DNA of 64,000 bases, taken from NCBI GenBank assembly GCA_965603825.1, contig CBFDEM010000001.1:1-64000 (forward strand). The letters are read 5' to 3'. The stretch comes from Blepharisma stoltei ATCC 30299. Taxonomy: Eukaryota; Protista; Ciliophora. The notes below the pieces were generated by a model. It was not told the DNA's origin. It was given only the letters and a program-made list of their open reading frames with translations, and did no database searches. The translations under genes were made by a program, and so were the position numbers. This document shows, piece by piece, positions 27,720 through 40,600 of this stretch (within the stretch, counting starts at the first letter, position 1; every line of letters starts with the position of its first letter).

Positions 27720-28632
27720 TATCAAGAGCTTGCAGCTACTCACTGGTTAATTTTGATAATTCTGTTAAAGGAAATTTTTTCTGAGATTAGTTGTATTTTG
27801 CTCAGACAATTTCATGCTATTGAATAACTGCCATATTTATTTTGTATTTTAAGTTATCTAAGGTTGATTGTGAGATATTGAGACACGCCAGAATCTCGCC
27901 TTGCTTTTACTTCCAATTATTGGAAATATTTTATTTGTCTCTATAATTTCAGTACTTTTAAGTGCTTTTCAATGTGATCAAGGACTTGGCTCAAATATTA
28001 CTGATTCTTTTATAAGGCAAGACTGCAGTACGTATTGCTGGAATAATAAATATTTTATATGAGGAAGTTTCTCAATAGTTTCTTTAGTTGCCTATAAAAA
28101 ACGCAGCAAATTTTTATTCTAGAAAAAGTTATTTTTCAGATAATAATTGCTTCTATGAATAAAACATTAAAAATTTATGATGAGTCTTTGCACGGCCTTA
28201 GCTATATTATCCTCATCTCTATAATGATTTTGTTAAGCTTTAAACAAAGACCTTATAACTATAGCAGAATGAATATTTGGTTGATAATTTCATATTTTTG
28301 AATTTTATGGAGTAATATTTTATCATCACTTTATTGGTATAAAAAATTCGAATCATTAATGATGTGGACTTTACTTCAATATTCGGTATGATTTTGCTAA
28401 ATATCAGCTGGAATTCTAGTTCAATGAAAATTTTCCCAAGTTTATTGATTACTGAAAAAAGAATTGATATAGCAATTTTTTTCAGATTTTCTTTAGGCAG
28501 TCAAATTTCAGCTATAAAAATTAATAAAATGAGAAAAGAAGTCATAGGAGATACTTTTATCAACGGAAGTTTTCTAAATATTTATTCTAGATCTAGTCGT
28601 TCGAATTCTTAAGAAAACATAATATCAGAATA
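27720..28632 (+). pseudogene. 3' fragment closely related to the copy at 30055-33471
   Basis: Matches ~32500-33471 (GCTTGCAGCTACTCACTGGTTAATTTTGAT; ATGATGTGGACTTTACTTCAATATTCGGTATG). A ~60-bp internal deletion near 28095 and frameshifts. Confidence 0.85.
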
Positions 28633-29159
28633 ATTTTTATGAAAATTAATTTAGCTTCTATTAATTTCTTAATAGATTAAAAATTGAGAGTGATTTTTAG
28701 AAAACAATCACCAGACAAAGTTAAATGACAATTATTATTTCTTCTTCATTTATTTAAGGTAAATAGCTGAAGACCTTAGTAATATGGCAGAATTATATTA
28801 TCACAATTAATAGGATCCACGGAATTGAAAATTACCTAGCAGGATAGTTATAAATTTCGAATTTGAGCAATATATATAAATCAATCATGAACGTTCCTCT
28901 TCTCATTTTTATGTATCAAAGTAATTATATTTTAACCCTTTTGTTAAATCAACAAATTTATTTTTTTAGCAACTTTTACAAGTTGGCGTTCGGGAGAATC
29001 AGAATCAGAAATGTTTATCATTATTTTCTTCCGTTTTAATCATTGCTAATTCCAATAATTCTTGACTAAAATGGGAATAACTTTATTCATTTTAAAAAAT
29101 TATTATGTCTTATCGCACTTTAAACATAAATAGCGATATTTGATTGGTTGAAGTAAAGA

Positions 29160-29390
29160 AACTACTAGTGTCAACACTAAATCATGATAAGATTATTAAT
29201 GAAGAAGTATTTCTTATTTCTATGGCTATTTTTTGCAAAATATATTATATTTTTAACGCTATTATGAGTAAAATTATAAAGATTTCATAAAACTTTGCAT
29301 GAGCTTTGCTGCATTACCTTATTTATCATACTAATTGCTTTATGTTTTAAAAATAAACCTTGCAACTATAACAGAATGAATTTAAAATTA
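29160..29390 (+). pseudogene. Highly decayed family 1 TM-region fragment
   Basis: TTGCATGAGCTTTGCTGCATT and CCTTGCAACTATAACAGAATGAAT resemble LHGLCC and PYNYNRMN. Confidence 0.55.
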
Positions 29391-30054
29391 TTATAATATT
29401 TTTATAAAAGGTTATATAATATAAAACTAATTCAATTTTAAACCTATTTTCCTGGTTATAATTGTTTCTTTAAGTAAAATATTTATAATTTGTGAGAGTT
29501 TTGCATAATATCTAAAATGACATTATTGAGTTTCAAGTAAAACCCTTATAGCTATTGCTGAAATGAATTTTTCATTATTATTTCGTTTTAGAATTTATTA
29601 TCATATCATCTATTATTGACCTTAAGAAAGTGGAATGCTCAACCTACTTATGCAATCTTACAGGAGAGAAGGGAAGAATTTGTTTAAAAGAGTGAAGGTT
29701 AGCTGTGAAATTTATAAATTCGAAGCAATTAGCAATGAAATGAATGAAGCCTGGATAGTTGGCGCAGTATTTGACGCTAAGCGAACGAGCTATTGGCTAA
29801 TTAGTACTAATTAAATACAATTATGGCTCGATTTTAATATTTGATAATATTTTAATATAGATGACTTACAAGCTTGCTGATTATTGAAAAATTGGTTGCC
29901 ATTTCAAATTTTTCATATTTTAATAATAAAATTTTTAAATTTGATTTTATTATAGATCGAACTAAACTAGGCTGGCAGCTCAACATAGGGCCTAAGTAGA
30001 ATTAAACATTTCTAATTATTAATATTTATCTCTTATCTTTTAATGTCCTAATAA

Positions 30055-33000
30055 ATGTCAATTATTCTGTACATAATTTGAAATTCTTTCACAAATCTCA
30101 GCCTGATTTCAGACATAAAAGCTCTAATTGATCAAAATTTTCAAGATCAAGCTGATTTTAGCCTTGTTTTCTCTCAAAATCTTTCAGGTTCCCATCTTAC
30201 TGCAGGTAGCCAAAATATCATTTTAGATCTCGGTTTCGACTGATCACTATCAAAATCAATAAAAGAGTTTGCTGAAGAAAACCAAGCCATAATAATTAAC
30301 ATTCATAGGTCTATTGGATCTTTTTCAGAATGAGAATTTTTTACGCATTGCTCATGGAAAGACCAAAGTGAAGCGCTTTTTATTGTTACTACTTATTTAA
30401 ATTGGCAAAAATTTATAGTGATTTCTGATGAAATTTACAATCAAGATGATGAATTTTTTAATTTATTTTATGATAAAGATTATCAGTGGTATTTTTTTTC
30501 GAATTGCAATGATGAGAACTCGGCAGATTTGTTTATTGGAAAAATTATTCAGTCTATTGGTATTAGAAACATTGTGATATTAAATAAAGGTGAAAGTGCA
30601 AGATTGCTTTTGAAAAGCTTAGAGCAGCATAATTTCTTAATAAATGGTACTGGAATAATCGTAGGAAGTGAGGGCTCATGAGGGTTATATGGAAATGGAG
30701 CTATTTCTTATGCGGAATCAGGATTGGAAAGCGCTAATAGTTACAATAGTTATGAAAGCCTATCAATTATTAAATTTTTAAAGTTAGTATTCAATTTTCC
30801 TCCGGCTTCAAGCTCATTAGAATTACTTGAATTTTTAAACAAAAACACTATTAACCATCATCCAATCTCCAATTTTACGCTTCTCAATATGGAAAATAAT
30901 AAAACTATAGGAAAGGGGAGCATTTTTGATCGAAATTTAACAATATCAAATCCCCTAAATTTTCCAGGAAATTCTTCAATCATCCCGAATTCTCCAACCA
31001 CAGATGTAAATATATGAATTGGAGATGGCACAAAGAACCCAAACTCTCCTTCAGATCCTTCATCAACAAGATCAATGCTAGGAGAATATCTAGCTTTAAG
31101 CTACTGGAAAAGCTTGCATGCTTTAGATGGTTTTAACATAACAGTAACTCATACAGATTGCGGGGCATTAGCTTATAATGCAACTTTAGGGCTTTCTTGT
31201 TTTTCTAACCTTCTTGCTACTCCTGGAGTAGGCTATTTAACTTCACTTTATCCTTTTATTGCTATTGGCTATATTTATACATTGAGATCTTTAAACTGCT
31301 CGATACCAAATATTTCTCCATATGCCCCTTCAAATCTTTTGCAGAATCAAACATTGTTTCCTGAGTTTATGACAGTAACCAAAGACGATAGATTCAATAT
31401 TCAGGTCATCCTAGATCTTGCAGTTGTTTTTGGATGAAAAAGATTTATAGTAGCTTACGATAAAGAAAATATAGAAAGTTACAAATATTTTTTAGCAAAA
31501 ATCGAGCAGTTTAATATGGAAATCGTAAATAATCCTGACCAAAGAATGATAGAGTCATACTATACCGTAGATAAATACTCAGAATGGGAAAATTGGTTTA
31601 AAAGCATAATCAGCTTAAAAGCTAGACTTTTTATTATTTTTTTTGCGCCTCCTTATTGGTTCAATGTAGTTGAAAGTTTTTATGATGCAGGTCTAAGAAT
31701 AGGGGATTCCATTTTTTTATTTAATGCAAAGGTGGTTTATTCTATGATTTGGGAAAAGAACCCAAAGCAGCTGAATAAGCTTATAGAGATATTATATGGA
31801 ACAGTTATCATAAACCAAGCTGAGTGAATTGGAGATTTCGGAAAAACAATGAAAAGAGATTATATAATAACTTATGGTAAATCTACTGATTTTCGTTGTT
31901 TAGCATTTGATGCTGCAATGCTGCTTTTAAATGGAATTGAATTTACTATAAAGCAAGGCAAAAATGTGATGAATTATGAAATAATGAATAGCAGTTTAAG
32001 AAAACAGAAATTCTTAGGATGCTCTGGGACTGTATCAATAGAGCAAGGAAGCAATCAGAGAAGTTTGCCTACAATAGGGATTTATAATATAAAATGAAAT
32101 AATAGCGCCCAATCATTATATGAGGACTTTGTTGGTAAATATGATGCTAGCAGTGTGCAATTGATTACTTTATATAGCAGCATTATATGATATGACAATA
32201 CAACAATAATTCCAACTGATTTAATAATATATGAAAATGGCTGCCCGTTTCCTGAAAAATTAATATTTCGGTCTGAAAAAGGAGCTGGAATTTTATATTT
32301 GATTTCAGGCTCATTAATAATTATTACAGCAATTGAAGCACTTTTTATATGAAAAATGTTTTGAAAAAATATTAAAATTGAAAAATTAAAAAATGCAGTC
32401 CAAGCTCACATTGAAGATTATTTTTTAATGGGAATTCTGGCTGTAGATTCTTTGCAATTTATTTCTCAGGGGCCTGATATTCCTGAATCATTTTTGTGAT
32501 TATCAAAAGCTTGCAGCTACTCACTGGTTAATTTTGATTCTTCTGTTAATGGAAATTTATATTGGGGTTACTTGTATATTGCTCAGATTATTTCGTGCTA
32601 TTGAGTTATTACAGCATTTATATTGATTTGCAAGTTATTTAATATTAATTCTGCGATACTGCAATACGCCAGAAGCCTCGCCTTACTTTTGCTACCAATT
32701 ATAGGACACTTTCTATTTGTCCCTATAATTTCAGTTCTTTTAAGTATTTTTCAATGCGATCAAGGGGTTGATTCAAATATTACTGATTCTTTTATAAGAC
32801 AAGACTGTAATACGTATTGCTGGGATAATAAATATTTTATATGAGGCAGCTTCTCAATAGCTTCTTTAGTTACCTATATCCCTCTTTCTATTAATTTCAG
32901 GTATTTTCATCAAAACATCAATGATTATATAAACATAAAAATGAAGCCAATTTTTATTCTAGAAAAAGCTATTTTCCAGGTAATAATTGTTTCTATGAAT

Positions 33001-33471
33001 AAAACATTAAAAATTTACGATGAGTCTTTGCATGGCCTTTGCTGCATTATCCTCATCTCTATAATGATTTTGTTAAGCTTTAAGCAAAGACCTTATAACT
33101 ATATCAGAATGAATATTTGGTTGATAATTTCATATTTTGGAATTTTATGGAGTTTTATATTATCATCACTTTATTGGTATACAAAATTCGAAGCATTAAT
33201 GATGTGGACTTTACTTCAATATTCGGTATGGTTTTGACTGATAATAATTGGAGTTTTAATTCAATTTAAATTTTTCCCAAGCTTATTGCTTACTGAAAAA
33301 GCAGCTGATATTTCAATTTTTTTCAGATTTTCAATAGGTAGTAAAATTTCAGCAATAGAAATTAATAAAATGTTAAAAGAAATAAGGGATAAAACTATGT
33401 TCAAGAGCAGCTATTTAAATATTGATTCTCAATCAGGTTCGAATTCTAAAGATAATATCATACCAGAATAA
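30055..33471 (+). CDS. Family 1 receptor-like protein, copy 3 (1,138 aa); no intact signal peptide in frame
   Basis: Single frame with TGA=Trp from ATG 30055, which directly follows an in-frame TAA, to TAA 33469. Aligns to paralogs from about residue 17 onward. Start site uncertain. Confidence 0.8.
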
Positions 33472-33961
33472 TATTTATAATAGTTAAAAAATACCATTAA
33501 TAGTTTGTTTTAACACTTTTTGATCACTTGCTGAGAACAAACTTTTTTCAAAAAATTTATATATTGCTTTTTCTAAAATTCCACTAATTAAACTTTAAAT
33601 TAAACTGGTTTGCATAATGTATGTCTTGGAATGCAAGCTTCTTATGCTAGAGATTTTATATTATAATTATCAATATAGGAATTAAACATAAAATATTTTT
33701 TATTATTTTTCTCTCTCTATCTCACGATGGAGAGTAATTCAATTAGTGACATAGCGGTATAGTAAAACCTTATAAATAATAAATTTATTTGGAGTTAGTA
33801 TAATTAAGATGTGCTCTAATTCGTAATTAAATTGAATTTTAATTATGGATTATTTAGAAGGTGCTTGAATTTTTTTATGAGAAATTAAAATTTAATGCCC
33901 TAAGTTCAATCCAAAACTTTAATTTTGGTGTCTCTAATTAATAAATTTTTAAAAATAATTA

Positions 33962-36900
33962 ATGAAACTTTTAAAGATTATTCTTTGTGCACTTATTCTT
34001 ATCGAAAGCCAGATGGTGGTTGATTTTATTTATAGCCCTTTTAGTGATTCAGAATTTGCTTCAAATCTGACTTTTTTCGTGAAGAAAAACTTTCAAGACC
34101 ACCAATTTATTTTCAATTTGATTTATATTGCCACCATCGAAGATATACAAAAAATCTCATATAGCCCTGATATAATTTTTGACGTTACCTTTAGCCTCTC
34201 ATTATCAGAATCCATAAAAAATCTGGCAGAGGAAAAGCATGTCATAATTGCCTCAATTAATAAACCGCTTGATTTTTTTTCTGACTGAGAATTTTTTGTC
34301 CATAATTCCTGGGAAAATCGAGTTGAAGCCTTGCATGGCATTATTTCTTATTTAAATTGGCAAACTTTTATAGTGATTTCTGGCGAGATTTACAATGAAG
34401 ATGATGAGTTTTTTAATTATTTTTATGATAAAGATTGCCAATGGTTTTCTTTCTCAAATAGCAATGATAAAATATCAGCTGATTTATTCGTAGGGAGAGA
34501 AATACAATCGACTGGGATTAAAAATATTGTGATCCTAAACCATGGAGAAAGCACAAAATTGCTTTTGGAAAGTTTAGAAGAGCATGATTTGCTTACTAAT
34601 GGGACTGGGATCATTATAGGATGTGAAGGCTCCTGAAATTTATATGAGAATGGGATTATTTCTTATGTAGAGTCTGGATTAGAAAGCGCTGACTGTTATT
34701 ATTGCTACAAAGGGTTAGCTTTTATTAAATTTTTAAATTTAATATTAAGCTTTCCTTCAACATCTGATCCTTTTGCACTCCTTGAGCATTTAAATAAAAA
34801 TACAGTTAGGCATCACCCAGTGTCTAATTTCACTTTAATAAATACAAAAAATAGGCAAAAAAGTATTACAGGAACAATTTTAAATGGAAATTTAGAAATA
34901 TTAAATCCTCTGGTTTATCCAGGGAATTCTTTAATAGCGCCGAATTCTCCTACTACAGATGTCAATATATGAATCGCAGATGGAACAATAAATCCAGGAG
35001 CTGAACCTGAATTATTGGCAACAACTGTGACATATGGAGAATTTTATGCCTTAAGCATCTGAAAAAGCATGCATGCCTTAGATGGCTTTGAAATCACAGT
35101 CACTGATACAGATTGCGGAGTAACCACATATAACGCAGATTATGCGTATTCATGCTTTTATAAACTACTCCCAACTCCTGGCGTCGGCTTTTTAACATCA
35201 CTTTACCCATGAATCACCATGGGATACATTTATACTTTAAGAGCTTTAAATTATTCAATACCTCACATTTCTCCTTACGCTCCTTCAATCATTACAGAAA
35301 ACAATACAGCTTTTCCAGAATTCATGACAGTCATAAAAGATGAGACTTTTAACACCCAAGTCATTTTAAATCTTGCAGTAATTTTTGGATGAAAAAATTT
35401 TGTTGTTATCTATGATGAGACAAATATAGCCATGTATAATTATTTTGTTGCAAAATTAAAAGAATTTAATATGAATATCGTTAATCCGCCTGAATTGCGA
35501 AAAATTGATACTTATTATACGAGGAATGATTATCCGAAGTGAAAAGACTGATTTAAAAAATTACTAAAAATAAGATGAAGGCTTATGGTTGGTTTTTTGA
35601 CTCCGCCTTATTGATTTTATATAGCTGAAAGCATGTATGATACAGGATTTAGAGAAGGCGATTTCTTTTATTTAGCCAACGCAAGACTCTCTTATTCACT
35701 TGTCTGGGAAACTGACGAAGTCCAGCGAAGAAAACTTATAGAGCTTTTATACGGAGGGATTGTGGTTGCACAAGCCGAATGAGTTGGAGAATATGGGCAG
35801 ATGCTAAAAAATGGCTTTACAAAAGCATATATAAATGATACAGATTTTCGTTGCTTAGCATTTGACGCTGCAATGCTCCTTCTACATGGAATAGAATTTA
35901 CTATAAAAAATGGTGAAAATGTTAAGGATTCTGCAGTAATGAATGCAAATTTAAGAAAACAAAAATTCACAGGGTGTTCTGGGACTGTATCAATCGAGCC
36001 TGGAAATAACCAGAGAAGTTTGCCGACAATAGGGATATATAACTTAAGATGAGATGAGAGCTCACAAAAATTATATGAAGAGCTTGTTGGAGAGTATGAC
36101 TACAGCAGTGCTCAGCTAATCACTTTTTATAAAAATATCATATGGTATGATAATACAACAAATGTACCGAGCGATAAATTGAGCTATGAGAATGGGTGTC
36201 CGTTTCCTGCAAGAAAGATTTTTCGTTCTCGGAAAGGCTCCGAGGTGTTATACGGAATAGGGGCTGGACTTATAGCTATTACAATATTCTGTTCTTTTTG
36301 TATATGGGGAAAATTTTGAAAAACAATTAGGATTAAGAAATTAACGGTGGCTGCACATGTCCATTTTGAGGATTATATTTTGATGGGAGTTTTGGCTATA
36401 GATTTTTTTCAGTTTATTTCACAAGGTCCAGATATAAGCAAACTGCACCCGTGGCTATATTTATTATGCACCTATTCTATGATTAATTTTGAGAATTCTG
36501 TTGTAGGTGATACTTACTGGATCTATCTATATGTCGCTATGGCCATTTCTAGCTATTGAATTTTTACGGCTTTTTTATTATTTTATAGATTAAGTAAGAT
36601 TTTAAGTATGATGTTGAAGCATGCTAGAAATCTTGCATTCTTATTGCTTCCTATAATTGCGCATACTGCATTTGTGCCTATGATTTCAGTTCTATTTAGT
36701 ATTTTTCAGTGTGATGAAGGGATTGGTGAAGATATTAATGATTCTTTTATTAAACAAGACTGTACAACGTATTGCTGGAATCACAAGCATCTATTATGAG
36801 GAGGTTTCTCAATAGTTTCCTTGGTAACATATATCCCGATAGCAATTTATCTTAGATATTATTATGAGGTTGCCAATGATCATATAAACATTAGAGCAAA

Positions 36901-37432
36901 TCCGATTTTCATTATAGAAAAAGCGATTTGCCAAGTAATTATCATTGTATTGAGTAAAACCTTAAAAATTTATAGTGAATCGCTACACGGACTTTGTTGC
37001 TGCATCCTTTTTCTTATTATGATTTTGCTATGTCTCAAGCAAAGCTCATATAATTATCATAGAATGAATCTTTGGCTTATTACTTCATATCTGGCGATTT
37101 TGGCAAATTTTATTGTTTCCTCTATTTATTGGGTATCTAATATAGATTCAATGATATTATGATTTACTCTTGAATACTCAGCGTTCGCTGTTTTAATAGC
37201 ATCTGCTATGGCAATTCAATGCAAATATCGCCCAAGTTTGCTATATACTGATAAGGTAGTCGACATCTCCATTTTTTTCAAATTTGAAATAGGAAGTAAA
37301 ATTACAGCTATGGAGCTAAATCAGATGAAAAGAGAAATTAACGGTTCTAAGTACTCAAAGAAAACGAAAGCGTCAAATGTTGACTCTCAATCTTATGTCT
37401 CTACAACCAAAGCAATTATGATATCTGAATAG
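33962..37432 (+). CDS. Family 1 receptor-like protein, copy 4 (1,156 aa)
   Basis: Single frame with TGA=Trp. Leader MKLLKIILCALILIES; full motif set; TAG stop. Confidence 0.9.
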
Positions 37433-37659
37433 GGGTATCTCTATACACTAACTTATATAACAAATTTTATTGTTTTAATTGTGAAATAATTCTTTTGCTT
37501 CATTCTATAGAACTGGCCATGCTATTTCAATAATTAAATATATAATTTAGAAAATGTTTTTGATTATAAAAATTATGGTGCTTAATTTTTAATAATTTTC
37601 AATGGAATATAGTAAAATTACTTTTTTATCAATTATTTCATTATTTAGTATTAAAGCTA

Positions 37660-40600
37660 TTACAATCTTGGAGATGACTTGTGGTGCCTCAATGGAAAAA
37701 CAACTCTCCCTGTCTCTGTAAAATCATCCAAAGTTTCAATAGATACATTATTACTATCCACTACCATAGTATTTGCTACTCCACTTCCCCTATTTTGGTC
37801 AGTCCCAAGCTTGTTCTGGTCTTCTACCATATGCAAAAACCAATCTTTCATTGTCAGCTCAGGCTGAAACGGCTGCACTTTTAAGCTATTTTCTCCATCT
37901 CCATAAATTAGCGAAAAGAACTTATCTCCGTCCTTGACTTTTACATGCTGCATCCCTTCATTGTTTTCAAAAATTTTATCTTCTAATAAATCATTGACTC
38001 TTCTTGAAAATCTTTTCCTTAAACAAGGAATTTTGTTACTTATGATTTGGCAGCCAGCCCCAAACATTTTATTGACCCAATAATAGAGAAAATAGATATT
38101 TGCTAAAACGATGATTCAGAAGAAAAAGAGCTTGGCTTCACTGCTAAGAGACTCGGTTAAAAAATAAAGCCCACAATATATAGTAATAGAGGAAACTAAA
38201 ATTGACCGCAGCTCCATTCGATTCAACTGAGTTCCATTATAAGGCTGATGCGTATATTGTAGATGTAAGCAGGCTATAAGTAAAATTGTGACTGTCAAGG
38301 CTTGAATACTAGTGGAAATGTTTGTCAAAAAGACTGAGCAACAAATGACTAAAATTTTTCGATAGAGGATCACGAATTCCCAGTAATAACACTTGCCAGA
38401 GTACCCGTTGAAGAAAAACCCAAACTTCAACCTGACGCCTAAGTCATTCAGATTCCGTCTATTCTTCATCAGTCCCATTAAACAAATTGCAGGGATCCCT
38501 ATTCCTCATACTATTATAGATGGCAAAGCTACCAATAAGATGTAAAATATATGATTTGAGTTCCAGCATCTGATGTCCATATTGCTTACCAGCCAATATT
38601 CTCCGTCATTAATTTGTTTACAATTAAAAGATCCAAACATCGTCTTGACAATATTAGGGTGCAACAAAAATAGCAAAATAATGCAGGTAGACACATAGTC
38701 ATTCCATAGGTTCCGGAAATTCCTCTTTTTGCATTTTATTAAGCACCACGCCAAGAGACACAAAATAGCTACCAAAATAGGCAGCAAGCTCATAAAAATC
38801 AGTTTATTGTAATACACCTGGTCTGGGGAGCCGCCTGCTTGCAAAAAACAGTCAAATGAGAAAAATTGTTCACTGACTGAGCCAGCATTGTTTTGGACAC
38901 TAAAAATAGCAATCACCTGGCTTGGCCAGTTTAAGTTAAAAGTGGACACAAGCATAACCAGCTGCAAATAATTCATGAAAATCTTGATATATACAGATGT
39001 CAGTGACTTAGGCTTGAATGCTGAGTTTCGTGTAGATTTTACCATAATCGCACATAACGCAACCAATGCGACAAGGATTCCAAAAATTCTAAAAGTATTA
39101 GACACCTTGTCAGGACAAGGACTGCAAGTGTTTTCAGCAGTTCTCGAGTAGCCTCAATCGCAGGACTGGCACATATTTCCTTTGTAGCCATCTGCACATA
39201 CTCCTGTATAAGAAATATTTGGCGGTAGTGGAGAGCCTAGGCATGCATCTGAATTTGGGCACTCCCAAAAAGTTTTGGCATACATATTGTCTCTCCAATA
39301 CCCTTTCCGTGGGACAATAGTATAGTTTCCATAACAAATGCAGCAGGATGGGCAAATAATGCATGCGGTATTGCTTGGGTCAAGACTATAAAAATTAGAA
39401 GGGCATGATTCACAGGTATTCCCAACGGTAGCTTCCCCTACCTTGCATTCCCTTAAGGTGATATTTACATAGATATTTTCATGATAAGTAATTTGGTCTT
39501 TAGCTTTAGAGCTTTTAGAAGTGTCAATAGCTGAGGTATAGACCTTGATTTGTATAGAACTTCCAGGGATTGAAGTTACTATAAAGCTGTCAAAATAAAA
39601 AACTCCTTCTATTGCAGTCACTTTTGTCTCGCCTGATAAGCTTGTAGAGCCGTCAAGAGCAATAAGTTCGGCTTGGCTGGAGTTGTCAGTTTTGATCACT
39701 TGGTTATTGTGGTCAACTAAGGCAATTTTTATAGGAGTAGAAGCGATTTGGCCTGAGGCAATGTCACTCAGCACCTGGGTTACTGGAGAGTACAAAAGTC
39801 TTGTATACTCCTGAGGCTTGCCACTATCGTCGACTGACACTAAAGACACTGGAAAAGAGGATACATCTGCTGCATAAGGTGCAGAGTTGTTTATAAACGT
39901 ATTGCTTTCCACAAGCGGCATTATGTCGCTCCAAGAGTAAGCTCCTCCATTATAGCTTGCCACATTCCCTGTAAAGCTATTATTGGTAATATTAAACTCA
40001 CAAATACTAAGATCTGTGCACTCCAGCACAAATCCGCCGCCAATCCCATACTCAATGACTCCTCCCACAATTGTAGACCCAGATGCCAAAGCTTGATTAT
40101 ACTTAAAATCTGAATTTGTGATGTTCACCATTACATTATTCGTATAAAAAGCGCCACCTTTAGAAGCCGAGTTATTTGTAAAGATAGACTTATCAATATA
40201 ATAAGGGGTGTCAATAATTGAGTCTGACTGAGTCGTCATATATAAAGCGCCTCCTATAGTAGCATTATTAAATGCAAATAGACAAGATTTTATATAAATT
40301 CCAGTGCAGGTAGAACAGTAAAGAGCGCCACCATATATGCCAAACCCATAGGTAAATGCAGCGTCAGTTATAGACAGCTGGTATAGCTTGTCGCCATAAA
40401 TGGCAGTATAAGAAAAATTGGTGAAAATTGAGTGGTGGATCGAGACTGAGCTTTGAAAAGTGTCAATAACCGCTCCTGTGCCTACAGTAGTGCAATTTAT
40501 AAACTTGGTGGTAGCAATAGTGACTGTACTATCAGAGTAGGCAAGAATGGCGCCTCCTGAGTTTGCGGATAAGTGCTGAAAAGTGGAGTTGGTCGATACC

